DNA from: a virus
Lineage: Duplodnaviria; Heunggongvirae; Uroviricota; Caudoviricetes
Virus record (IMG/VR): IMGVR_UViG_3300042009_000020
Location: 37,780-101,779 of that record
DNA length: 64,000 nucleotides
Reading direction: 5' to 3' (one strand)
Shown here one piece after another: positions 29,633 through 38,042 of the stretch (the first letter of the stretch is position 1; each line of letters opens with the position of its first letter). The position numbers were made by a program, and so were the translations under genes. Under the pieces are notes generated by a model that saw nothing but the letters and a program-made list of their open reading frames with translations, was not told the DNA's origin and did not search any database.

Positions 29633-29660
29633 ATCATACACCAGTGAATCAGCACGTCAA
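29633..29660 (-). promoter_or_regulatory. leftward promoter TTGACG-N16-TATGAT
   Basis: read on minus strand; drives 29606..24180 operon. Confidence 0.5.
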
Positions 29661-29675
29661 GGGGTATTTTGGGTA

Positions 29676-29704
29676 TTGACAGGAAATGATTTCCTCTGTA
29701 GAAT
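29676..29704 (+). promoter_or_regulatory. rightward promoter TTGACA-N17-TAGAAT
   Basis: exact consensus -35, TAGAAT -10; followed by ~330-nt untranslated leader. Confidence 0.65.
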
Positions 29705-30038
29705 GGGCAACCTTGACGTACAGAACGTCTCGCACTGAGAGAGAAATGTCATAATCACTCACCGGCTCAGTGTTAAAGGTCATGAAGAAAGCAGACCAAC
29801 ATAATGTGGAAATGGACCTTTAGTGGTTCTGGTACGACATTGCGGCTACTAGTAACAGTAGAAGCGTACCACGGGAGAAAGGTGTTGCTGCCTTATCCTA
29901 TCTCGTGTACCTTGCGTACATGCCTGATGAATCAGGGTGCTAGAATCGGTGAGCATGAAGATTTTCCTTGGACCTCGTTTGTAGGTCTTAAGGGGAAATC
30001 TATCTGTACTATCTCAATGAGCATATTAGGAGAGCAGT

Positions 30039-30236
30039 GTGAAGAGTGAAGGTGTTAAAGATATAGTGAAATGGTTAGATAAGAGATGTAAGGAGTTAAA
30101 GAAAGAGGTTGACGATAGGTCTGTATTCGGTGATGATTACTTTCAGGATCAAGCGAGAGCAAGATTTCAAGAATGTTTATCCATCAAGATCAGTACTGAG
30201 AAGTACATGAAATTGTTGAGACACCAAGGTGAATAA
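30039..30236 (+). CDS. hypothetical protein (GTG start)
   Basis: 65 aa, first ORF of rightward early cluster. Confidence 0.4.
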   Translation: MKSEGVKDIVKWLDKRCKELKKEVDDRSVFGDDYFQDQARARFQECLSIKISTEKYMKLLRHQGE

Positions 30237-30417
30237 ACCAGATGTAGACCTATGGGATAAAGAGTACCCTATAAAGATGAGAGAGTGGGTTGATTGGCAT
30301 GTTGAACATACAGAGATTGACAACCTGCAAGAGTTCATGCAGATGGCGAAAGGTAGGATTAACCCTCAACACATTAATGACTCGTGGGAGAATAAACATG
30401 TTGACACGGTGGATTGA
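30229..30417 (+). CDS. hypothetical protein
   Basis: 62 aa Trp-rich. Confidence 0.4.
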   Translation: MNKPDVDLWDKEYPIKMREWVDWHVEHTEIDNLQEFMQMAKGRINPQHINDSWENKHVDTVD

Positions 30418-30495
30418 AAGCTTCATTATGCTCATCGCCCGACACGGAAAGACAGAGTGTCATGAATGTGGAACATTTAAACCTAAAGGAATTGC

Positions 30496-30816
30496 TTGCA
30501 GATGCCGACCTACGACGAAAAGTTTATGCAGTTGCACAAAGCATTACGAGCAATGTCAGAAGTGATTTTAGAATTTCATACTGGTGTTAGTGAAGCAACT
30601 CAGAACCTTGAACTGGAGATGCAAAATCTTGATGCTCTGATGGCCCCTGTTGAGATTACAGCAGCGATGGTGTTAGAGTTGAGGCAACGTACAGGTGATG
30701 GAATGATAGCCTGTAAGAAGGCTCTGGTGCACTCTGACGGCAACATGATTAAAGCAGTTGACTATCTCAGAAACTCTGGTAATATCTCGCTCACTGATTC
30801 ACACTGGGGAAGATAA
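30496..30816 (+). CDS. EF-Ts N-terminal (UBA-like, EF-Tu-binding) domain protein; start uncertain (30496/30553/30619)
   Basis: [44 protein letters not shown] aligns residue-by-residue with E. coli Tsf [43 protein letters not shown] (~24/43 identical). Confidence 0.6.
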   Translation: MQMPTYDEKFMQLHKALRAMSEVILEFHTGVSEATQNLELEMQNLDALMAPVEITAAMVLELRQRTGDGMIACKKALVHSDGNMIKAVDYLRNSGNISLTDSHWGR

Positions 30817-30998
30817 TGGGTTGGTTAAAGCTTTCTACTTATATGAAGTTGGTTACATCGGTAGATTCTTTACCTAGAAAGTTTAAAACTGATCTTGATT
30901 TTGTGTTCGGTATGGAAGACAATTGGTCTGAGCATATAAAAGCATCACCATTAGCGATCAAGACTTCTACAATTATTATACTAGACAGGAGAAAGTAA
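30816..30998 (+). CDS. hypothetical protein
   Basis: 60 aa, TAATG overlap with upstream stop. Confidence 0.4.
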   Translation: MGWLKLSTYMKLVTSVDSLPRKFKTDLDFVFGMEDNWSEHIKASPLAIKTSTIIILDRRK

Positions 30999-31316
30999 GT
31001 GGCGTATCGTGCACTGGAAGTAGATGACAAGGTAAAGATCAGCAATTACGGTTTCAACAATCATGGGTCGTATGGGGTTGTAACTGCATTGTTTGGTGAC
31101 AAGTCTTTGGTTAGATATGTTTCGTGGCAATCACATGGTCGCACGTTGTTTGATGAAATGTTCGATAATGACAAACTTCTACTCAGCAGTCTAAACAAGT
31201 TACCAACTTGTGATGAAGATTACACTGATGACGAAGAGTTGTACGAAGGTAATTTGCTAGAACGAATCATGAAACTCGAACAAGAAATTGTTGACCTGAA
31301 GAAACAACTAGCGTAG
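30999..31316 (+). CDS. hypothetical protein (GTG start)
   Basis: 105 aa, C-terminal coiled coil. Confidence 0.45.
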   Translation: MAYRALEVDDKVKISNYGFNNHGSYGVVTALFGDKSLVRYVSWQSHGRTLFDEMFDNDKLLLSSLNKLPTCDEDYTDDEELYEGNLLERIMKLEQEIVDLKKQLA

Positions 31317-31495
31317 AATACGTCTATCATTCACCAACATTAAAACAACTTAAACAAACATTAGGGGATATTTGTGGAACAGTCTTTGAAAGCATTGCAA
31401 GAGCTTAACGTACAACGTGAAAATGATATGCGTATCATGCGTGAACTTATCGAAAAGGCTGCTGAAATATTTAAAAAAGAAATTCAAAATAACGC

Positions 31496-31524
31496 TTGAC
31501 CACACTGCTTCACAAGCGTATAAT
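31496..31524 (+). promoter_or_regulatory. consensus promoter TTGACC-N17-TATAAT
   Basis: perfect -10, 17-nt spacer, AT-rich upstream. Confidence 0.7.
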
Positions 31525-31558
31525 ACGCAACATCAAAACGACACACTAGGAGAAACAA

Positions 31559-32455
31559 TTGAAATTTAGCAATCTGATCAAAGCTTCTGCACTGGCACTG
31601 GCTGCAACCCTTATGGTTGGTTGTGGTGAACGAGTTGAAGTTCCACCGGGTTTCGTCGGTAAGATCATGACGAAGGATGGTTATCAGGAAGGTTTGATTC
31701 CAACTTCCAAGATTCGACTTCCATTCTGTAATGCTTACTGTGATCGTCTGGTAGTTCTGGACACCACCGACAAGAGCTACACTGAGCCGATGGATATTTT
31801 CATTCCAGCGGATAAGCTGATCGTCAAAGTGGATTTGCGTGCAACATTGTCAGTTGATCCAACTAAAGCAGAAGCTATGTTTAACAAGCTTCCGCAAGTT
31901 GCAGAGAGTGATCAGTTTAGCAAGATTGCTGCTGAATCGATCTATAACACTTACGGTAAGCAAGTATTGCAGGCAGAGGTTCGTTCTTATCTGACTCGAT
32001 ACACCATCTCGGAAATTGCATCCAATGGCGAGAAGATTAACGCTGACATTCAAGTACTGTTGTCAAAAGTAATGGGTGAGCGTACACCGTTTACTGTTCG
32101 ATATGCCGGTTTGACTAATATCAAATACCCAGCAATCATTACCGAAGCACAAGAGAACAGTGCAAAACGTCGTGAGATGATCGCTCAGGAAGAAGCACAA
32201 CTTGAAGTATCTAAAGTTTCTCTTTCCCGTGAATTGCAAGAAGCGAAGATGCAGCGGGCAATTGATAAAGAGAAAGCTGAAACTGAAGCTCAAGCACAAA
32301 TGGTGTTGGCAGCTGCTGTAGATCCACGATCCCTGCGTATCAAAGAGCTTGAGATTCAGAAGATCATTGCTGAGAAGTGGGATGGTAGCTTGCCACAAAC
32401 AATCATGGGCGGTGATGGTAATATTCCGATGATCATGGACATGCGTAATAAGTAA
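31559..32455 (+). CDS. SPFH/band-7 (HflK/C-like) lipoprotein, TTG start
   Basis: lipobox LMVGC; SPFH-pattern segments (VEVPPGFVGKIMTKDG, IVKVDLRATLSVDP, VRYAGLTNIKYP) followed by Ala/Glu/Gln coiled coil; AGGAG SD 6 nt before TTG. Confidence 0.65.
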   Translation: MKFSNLIKASALALAATLMVGCGERVEVPPGFVGKIMTKDGYQEGLIPTSKIRLPFCNAYCDRLVVLDTTDKSYTEPMDIFIPADKLIVKVDLRATLSVDPTKAEAMFNKLPQVAESDQFSKIAAESIYNTYGKQVLQAEVRSYLTRYTISEIASNGEKINADIQVLLSKVMGERTPFTVRYAGLTNIKYPAIITEAQENSAKRREMIAQEEAQLEVSKVSLSRELQEAKMQRAIDKEKAETEAQAQMVLAAAVDPRSLRIKELEIQKIIAEKWDGSLPQTIMGGDGNIPMIMDMRNK

Positions 32456-32509
32456 TACTGAATATGAGCGGCTGTAAATATGCTGTCGCTCATTCATTAA
32501 GGAGTTGTA

Positions 32510-32824
32510 ATGATTCTGCTGCTGAACATGTTAATGACAATTGTTGTACTTGGTCATGCTTATCTCGCTTACAAGCTGAAGAAGATTTGGCCAATTGGTT
32601 TTGCTCTAGTTATGTTGCTTGTCTATCCAATGATCCAACCAAGCTACATGCCGAAAGGTACAGTACGACCAATGGTGACACAACCATTCGAGAAACTTGA
32701 TATTCCAATCGTTGATCGTGGTCTGAAACCAAAGTCTGGTGCTGAGTATGATACAGAGCGTAACAAGGCACTTGCAGAAATAAACAATAGCATTAACGAA
32801 CAAATCAAACTAAATAAGGAGTAA
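32510..32824 (+). CDS. small inner-membrane protein (2 TMDs)
   Basis: 104 aa, co-operonic with SPFH gene. Confidence 0.5.
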   Translation: MILLLNMLMTIVVLGHAYLAYKLKKIWPIGFALVMLLVYPMIQPSYMPKGTVRPMVTQPFEKLDIPIVDRGLKPKSGAEYDTERNKALAEINNSINEQIKLNKE

Positions 32825-32828
32825 CAAA

Positions 32829-32957
32829 ATGGGTAAAATCTTCTACGAACAAGCACATCCACAAGGCACCACCCAAACCGCTGGTCATAAAGCATTCAAG
32901 GTGTCTGCACCAAAGAGTCGCAAACGTGGTCGTGGTAACGTTCAAGTAAGCGCATAA
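32829..32957 (+). CDS. 42-aa basic peptide
   Basis: ATG after AAGGAG SD, ends just before terminator; below ORF-track cutoff. Confidence 0.3.
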   Translation: MGKIFYEQAHPQGTTQTAGHKAFKVSAPKSRKRGRGNVQVSA

Positions 32958-32960
32958 TAT

Positions 32961-32988
32961 TAGCCCCTCCTAGTGAGGGGCTTTTTCA
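32961..32988 (+). terminator. intrinsic terminator
   Basis: AGCCCCTC..CTAG..GAGGGGCT stem followed by TTTTTC. Confidence 0.8.
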
Positions 32989-33015
32989 TGCCTAGAAGAA
33001 AGTGAAAAATAGGTG

Positions 33016-33044
33016 TTGACAGAACAGACTGTCAACGTTAGAAT
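33016..33044 (+). promoter_or_regulatory. promoter TTGACA-N17-TAGAAT with overlapping palindrome
   Basis: TTGACAGaacagaCTGTCAA perfect 7-bp inverted repeat spans the -35 and spacer (possible operator). Confidence 0.65.
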
Positions 33045-33074
33045 CATAGCTCAATCAACGAGAGGGAATTTGTA

Positions 33075-33371
33075 ATGAAAAAGATTATTGTAGGTATGAC
33101 TTTTGTGCTAGTCTCCATGAGTACATTGGTACAAGCTGATGAACTGACGTATTGTGAAGCTCAGCGTGAACTGGCTAAACAAACCATGAGTTTCCGTCAG
33201 TCTGGAGGCTCCCGTGCTGAGTTTGACGCTGTTGTATACTCTGAGGAAGGTCAAGCCATTGCCGACATGGCGTGGGCTCGTGGAGTGATCCCACAGAGCG
33301 TTAGGAAGACTGCCGTGAACGGTTTTGCTGACCATGTAGAGCGTCAATGCCTACAATCCAGTGAAAAATAA
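33075..33371 (+). CDS. secreted/periplasmic protein
   Basis: 98 aa with cleavable signal peptide (MKKIIVGMTFVLVSMSTLVQA). Confidence 0.55.
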   Translation: MKKIIVGMTFVLVSMSTLVQADELTYCEAQRELAKQTMSFRQSGGSRAEFDAVVYSEEGQAIADMAWARGVIPQSVRKTAVNGFADHVERQCLQSSEK

Positions 33372-33441
33372 GTATCCGGGTGGTTGCACACAGACCAATA
33401 CAAGTGTACAATCACCTAAATTCACAAATGGAAGCAACGAC

Positions 33442-33630
33442 ATGACAATCGAAGAAATGATGGAAACCTTTGAGGATTGGTACGCTGAAGAGTACAGCCA
33501 TTCAATCAAGCGTGGTGCCCGTGGTCGTGCTTCCAACCACCTTGCAAAGTATGAGGGTGAGTACATTTCTGACCATGCGAAAGACAATTTCAAGGTGTGG
33601 TGTGCAGCAATCAAGAGGATGGTGAAATGA
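33442..33630 (+). CDS. hypothetical protein
   Basis: ATG with GGAAG SD; ORF track gives GTG at 33361 overlapping upstream gene. Confidence 0.4.
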   Translation: MTIEEMMETFEDWYAEEYSHSIKRGARGRASNHLAKYEGEYISDHAKDNFKVWCAAIKRMVK

Positions 33631-33944
33631 GCTACGGTTTGAAAGAATACAAAGCATTGCTGGAGAAGAACCTGATTGATCTACGCAACCCAATGAGTAC
33701 ACCGTTCGGTTGTGACCCACATAGTGACCTATCTATCACTGTCAGGTATGCAAAGATGGAATCCATCAATTATGCGCTTGAGATGCTTCCTGAAATCAAG
33801 GAACCAAAAGTACCGATGAAAGATCATGAGTTTCGTGAACAGGTGAATGAGTTACTTGAGCTTGTGAAGACCTATGGACACACTCAGCAGCTTCGAACCC
33901 ATCTACGTTCATTCCTGTATCAGTTCAAGGAGAAGTGTGAATGA
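33627..33944 (+). CDS. hypothetical protein
   Basis: ATGA overlap with upstream stop, SD AAGAGGATGG. Confidence 0.45.
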   Translation: MSYGLKEYKALLEKNLIDLRNPMSTPFGCDPHSDLSITVRYAKMESINYALEMLPEIKEPKVPMKDHEFREQVNELLELVKTYGHTQQLRTHLRSFLYQFKEKCE

Positions 33945-34117
33945 GTGACCAAGCATGGGCATTGCAAGCGTTGTTCAAATACAGGTTGAAAGTTGACTTC
34001 AGCCAACAAACGATAGGTTGTTCTGGATACACATGTGGTTGGTATTGGGATGATATGAATGTTGACTTCTACCAAGCACTCAGTCAAGCTATAACAGACA
34101 TTGAGAAATCAGCATGA
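33941..34117 (+). CDS. hypothetical 58-aa protein
   Basis: AAGGAGAAG SD; ATGA overlaps on both sides. Confidence 0.4.
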   Translation: MSDQAWALQALFKYRLKVDFSQQTIGCSGYTCGWYWDDMNVDFYQALSQAITDIEKSA

Positions 34118-34359
34118 AATTCGATTTGACAAAGATTGACAAGCAAATGATGAAAGACATCGATGCTCTTCCACAAGGTAATACTGAACTCAAAGGTGTT
34201 GTCTGGATGCGTGATGATTATCTGTCAATGCGAGGTATGGCGTTTTGTGGTGATCGTCGCACATATGATTTACTTGAAAGAATCGATGACTTGAAAGAAC
34301 AACTTCGATCAGATGGTTATGAATTCAATTGTGATAAATGGTATGAGGGGGAAGTTTGA
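34114..34359 (+). CDS. hypothetical protein
   Basis: 81 aa, overlapping start/stop with neighbours. Confidence 0.45.
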   Translation: MKFDLTKIDKQMMKDIDALPQGNTELKGVVWMRDDYLSMRGMAFCGDRRTYDLLERIDDLKEQLRSDGYEFNCDKWYEGEV

Positions 34360-36266
34360 GTCTTATTGAAAAGGTAATGAAGCACTATCATCCTGACTAT
34401 CAAGGTGAGGATAAAATTCTGTGCATGTTCCATAAAGAAAGAAGTCCTTCATTTAACGTATATCACCATCAAAATACTTATTACTGCTTCGGGTGTGGTG
34501 CCGGAAGTACAGTAATTGATTTTGTTGCGGACAGTGAAGGTCTGGACGTTAATGTTGAGTTCAAGAAAGCTCGTGACATTACATTGGGTATTCTTGGTTT
34601 AACAAATGAGCAATTTCAAGAGGAGAGAAAGAAAGTGACAGATGCGCAGGTGATGACAAACGATTGTCTTCCGGCGATGACTGATGAGGAAGTTAAGGCT
34701 TTCATCCAAAGTGCTCACCGGGAAATCAATGGTCGTAAAGTATCTGGTTATTCAGGTATGGGTTATCGTGGTATCAAAGATGAATATCTGAAGTTCTTTG
34801 GTCACCTAACTAAGAAAGATGATGATGGTAAAGTAATCAGCCGTCACTATCCTGAGACAAACACAAAAGGTAAGTTGGCTGGTTATAAGTGCCGCAATCA
34901 CCCTAAAGACTTCCGTTACGGTAATGTTGGTAGTACTGGTGGTAAGAACCAACTAAGTGGTCAGATTAAATACTCTGGTCACAACAAATATATTCTCATT
35001 GTTGGTGGTGAAGAGGACAAAGTTGCTGCATATCAGATGTTCGAAGAGAACCGTGCTGGTAAGGGTAACATTGCTCCTATTCATGTGGTGAGTCCAACTT
35101 GCGGTGAGAACAGTGCAGTTAAACAGATTGCTGCCCAATACTCGTTCTTCGACATGTATGATCAAATCATTATCGGTATGGATAATGACGAAGCTGGACA
35201 TAAAGCAGCTAAAGCAATTGCTGAAGTTCTCCCGAAAGAGAAAGTTAAGGTAGTTGTCTGGACAGGTAAAGACGCCAACAAGATGTTGGAAGATGGTTTG
35301 GCTGGTGTATTTGTTCGTGACTTCTATAATGCCAAACCGCTGATTGCTTCTGGTATCAAGGAAAGCACTAGCAGTATGGACTCTGTTCGTGAAGAACTGA
35401 TGCGTCCACGTATTCCACTCCCACCAGAATGGAAAGATGTTCAAGATGCAATGAAGGGTGGTATTCGTCAAGGTAGTATTGTGAATATCATTGGTGATAC
35501 TTCGGTTGGTAAGTCTACTCACGTTAACGGACTCAACTACTTCTGGATGTTTAATGCACCCCAGAAAGTTGGTGTTGTAAGTTTGGAGATGACCGAAGGT
35601 CAATACACACTTGACTTGTTGTCTATTCACCTTGAGAAGAACTTGGCGTGGATTGGTGAAGGTGCCGATATTCTTGAGTATCTGGATCGTCCTGAAGTTC
35701 AAGCGCTGTATGACAACTTACTTGTTGATGATTCTGGTCAACCACGTTATTCTATTCTGGATGAACGAGATGGTGACCTTAAACTTCTTGAGCGTCAAAT
35801 TGAGAAACTGATTCACCAATATGGTTGTAAGATTATTGTTATCGACGTTCTGACTGACATTCTTCGCGGTGCTAACGGTGATATGCAAGAAGACCATATG
35901 CGTTGGCAGAAACAGATTGTCAAGACAGGTGTAACAATTGTAAACATTCTGCACACACGTAAACCAGTTAACTCTGATGGATCGTGGAGGAAAGCATCGG
36001 AATATGATGCGTTTGGTAGTAGTACATTTGTTCAATCTGCTGCTTATAACATTGTGATTAGTCGTGATAAAATGAACCCCGACCCAATCATCCGCAACTT
36101 GACGCATGTTGATATGCCGAAAGCGAGGGGAGGAGAGACTGGCGAGATTATGCAACTTATCTATGATGTCGAAACACGCCAAGTAATGAACTACAATAAC
36201 TGGCTCAATAAACAGACAAGTATTGATCAGGCGTTGAATCCGAAAGTACCAGATGTAGAGTTTTAA
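34356..36266 (+). CDS. bifunctional DNA primase/helicase (T7 gp4-like)
   Basis: N-terminal Zn-binding domain (CMFHKERSPS..YYCFGCGAGS), TOPRIM-like middle (IIIGMDNDEAGHKAA), DnaB-family helicase with Walker A GDTSVGKST. Confidence 0.85.
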   Translation: MSLIEKVMKHYHPDYQGEDKILCMFHKERSPSFNVYHHQNTYYCFGCGAGSTVIDFVADSEGLDVNVEFKKARDITLGILGLTNEQFQEERKKVTDAQVMTNDCLPAMTDEEVKAFIQSAHREINGRKVSGYSGMGYRGIKDEYLKFFGHLTKKDDDGKVISRHYPETNTKGKLAGYKCRNHPKDFRYGNVGSTGGKNQLSGQIKYSGHNKYILIVGGEEDKVAAYQMFEENRAGKGNIAPIHVVSPTCGENSAVKQIAAQYSFFDMYDQIIIGMDNDEAGHKAAKAIAEVLPKEKVKVVVWTGKDANKMLEDGLAGVFVRDFYNAKPLIASGIKESTSSMDSVREELMRPRIPLPPEWKDVQDAMKGGIRQGSIVNIIGDTSVGKSTHVNGLNYFWMFNAPQKVGVVSLEMTEGQYTLDLLSIHLEKNLAWIGEGADILEYLDRPEVQALYDNLLVDDSGQPRYSILDERDGDLKLLERQIEKLIHQYGCKIIVIDVLTDILRGANGDMQEDHMRWQKQIVKTGVTIVNILHTRKPVNSDGSWRKASEYDAFGSSTFVQSAAYNIVISRDKMNPDPIIRNLTHVDMPKARGGETGEIMQLIYDVETRQVMNYNNWLNKQTSIDQALNPKVPDVEF

Positions 36267-36306
36267 TCTAAGGGCTTCGGCCCTTTCGTTTTATTAGGAG
36301 AGAGTA

Positions 36307-38028
36307 ATGGAAATTGGTCTGCTAGGTGACGGTAAGACAGAATATTATAAAAACGATATTTGCTACGACTTGGAAACTTACCCTGACACTTTCACATTTG
36401 CCGCTGTCTTTGCTAGCGGTAAAGGAATGCGTGTTTATGAAATCAGTGACCGAAAGAATGATACTGAGGAAATGCTTGAGTTCATGCGTAATATTGCGAC
36501 AGGTGGATATCGGATGGTTGGTTTTAACAACTTAGGTTTCGATTACCCTGTTTTGCACTACATCCTTGAAAAGAGTAAGGCAGCACGCAAAGAAGGTAAA
36601 ACTTTGCAAATCACAGCATCTGAAATCTATAGTAAGGTTTGTAAGATGTTTGAACAGATGAAGTTCAACAAATTCGGAACCGCTGTTCGTTCTGATGAAG
36701 TAATGTTGAAGCAAGTTGACCTGTTCAAGATAAAACATTTCGATAATCACGCAAAGTCTACCTCTTTAAAAATGCTTGAATTCAACATGCGTTCTAAGAA
36801 CATTGAAGACTTGCCGTTTCCTGTTGGTATGCGTTTGAATGATGAACAGAGAGATGTTCTGATTGAATACAACAAACACGATGTTATGGAAACATTGAAA
36901 TTCTATTACAGGATTTTTGATGAAGTCAAAATGCGTCATGAACTGTCTGGTCAGTTCGGCTTTGACTGTACCAACTTCAATGATACGAAAATCGGCAAAG
37001 AGTTGTTCGTTAATCGTTTGGAATCTGCTAAGCCCGGTTGTTGCTATAAGATTGAGAAGAAAGGACCAAGGATGGTTCGGCAAATGCAACAAACAAAACG
37101 CAGTAGTATTAATCTTGGTGAGTGTGTTCTTCCGTACGTTCAATTCAATCGACCTGAGTTTAAAGCGATTCATCAATGGTTCCTTAATAAGACAATTGTT
37201 GAGACAAAAGGGTCACTCACAGATATTGAAGAACATGAGCTTGGTGATGTTGCTAAGTATGCAAAACTTCGTGTTAAAATGAAAAAGATGAATTGCCCTA
37301 TTGATGGGGCAAAGAATAAGCGCTATGTGCCAACCGAAGAACAAATCCTTGAGATGATGAAAGAACATCCCTTGGGTTGGGTTGAGGCTGTTGAACTCAA
37401 GAGTCCAAAGGGTGCCGCCAGCTATTGGTTCTGTTGGAATATTGCAGAAACCCTTAATGTTGTGATAAATGGATTCCAGTATGATTATGGTACTGGTGGA
37501 ATCCACGGTGCTAAACAAGGTGTCCATTCTAGCAATGACGAATACCAGATTTACAGCTATGATATCGCGTCAATGTACCCTAACGTCTCAATTCAGAACA
37601 AACTGTTCCCTGAGCATCTGGACATTCTGTTCTGTTCTGTTTATGAAGGGTTGTATCGTGAGCGTAAGAGTTATGATAAAAAAGATTCAAGAAACAAGGC
37701 GCTGAAATTGGCTCTAAACGGAACATATGGTGCATCTAATGACCAGTACAGTCCTATGTATGATCCTAAATTCACAATGAGTATCACAGTGAATGGTCAG
37801 TTGTTGTTGTCAATGTTGATTGATGATATGATTGAACAACTTGGTGCTGATGTGCTCATGTGCAACACTGATGGCTTTGAATTCATTGCTAAAAAATCTG
37901 ATGCTGACATGGTTGCACAAATCGTTAAATCATGGGAGAATGTGACCAAGCTTGAGATGGAAGGTGAGCTTTACAAGAAAATGCTCATCCGAGATGTAAA
38001 CAATTATCTTGCAATTAAACAGAAATAA
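36307..38028 (+). CDS. DNA polymerase, family B (3'-5' exo + pol motifs A/B/C), truncated after KxY-like motif
   Basis: ExoI YDLET; motif A YDIASMYPN, motif B KLALNGTYGA, motif C CNTDGF; ends 50 aa after motif C, immediately before a homing endonuclease gene. Confidence 0.65.
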   Translation: MEIGLLGDGKTEYYKNDICYDLETYPDTFTFAAVFASGKGMRVYEISDRKNDTEEMLEFMRNIATGGYRMVGFNNLGFDYPVLHYILEKSKAARKEGKTLQITASEIYSKVCKMFEQMKFNKFGTAVRSDEVMLKQVDLFKIKHFDNHAKSTSLKMLEFNMRSKNIEDLPFPVGMRLNDEQRDVLIEYNKHDVMETLKFYYRIFDEVKMRHELSGQFGFDCTNFNDTKIGKELFVNRLESAKPGCCYKIEKKGPRMVRQMQQTKRSSINLGECVLPYVQFNRPEFKAIHQWFLNKTIVETKGSLTDIEEHELGDVAKYAKLRVKMKKMNCPIDGAKNKRYVPTEEQILEMMKEHPLGWVEAVELKSPKGAASYWFCWNIAETLNVVINGFQYDYGTGGIHGAKQGVHSSNDEYQIYSYDIASMYPNVSIQNKLFPEHLDILFCSVYEGLYRERKSYDKKDSRNKALKLALNGTYGASNDQYSPMYDPKFTMSITVNGQLLLSMLIDDMIEQLGADVLMCNTDGFEFIAKKSDADMVAQIVKSWENVTKLEMEGELYKKMLIRDVNNYLAIKQK

Positions 38029-38042
38029 ACAATGAGGTTGTC

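Noticed and set aside
30396-30565. Cys-rich 56-aa ORF (ECHECG..CRCR..CSC) overlapping the start of the EF-Ts-like ORF
   Set aside because: Plausible Zn-ribbon but no SD. It overlaps the neighbouring ORF by 70 nt in another frame. Cannot decide which frame is translated without data, so not listed as a feature.
34953-36182. Minus-strand ORFs 34953..35702 (249 aa) and 35718..36182 (154 aa) inside the primase-helicase gene
   Set aside because: Opposite strand of a gene with clear primase and helicase motifs. Asn/Phe/Ile-rich translations typical of antisense AT-rich coding DNA.
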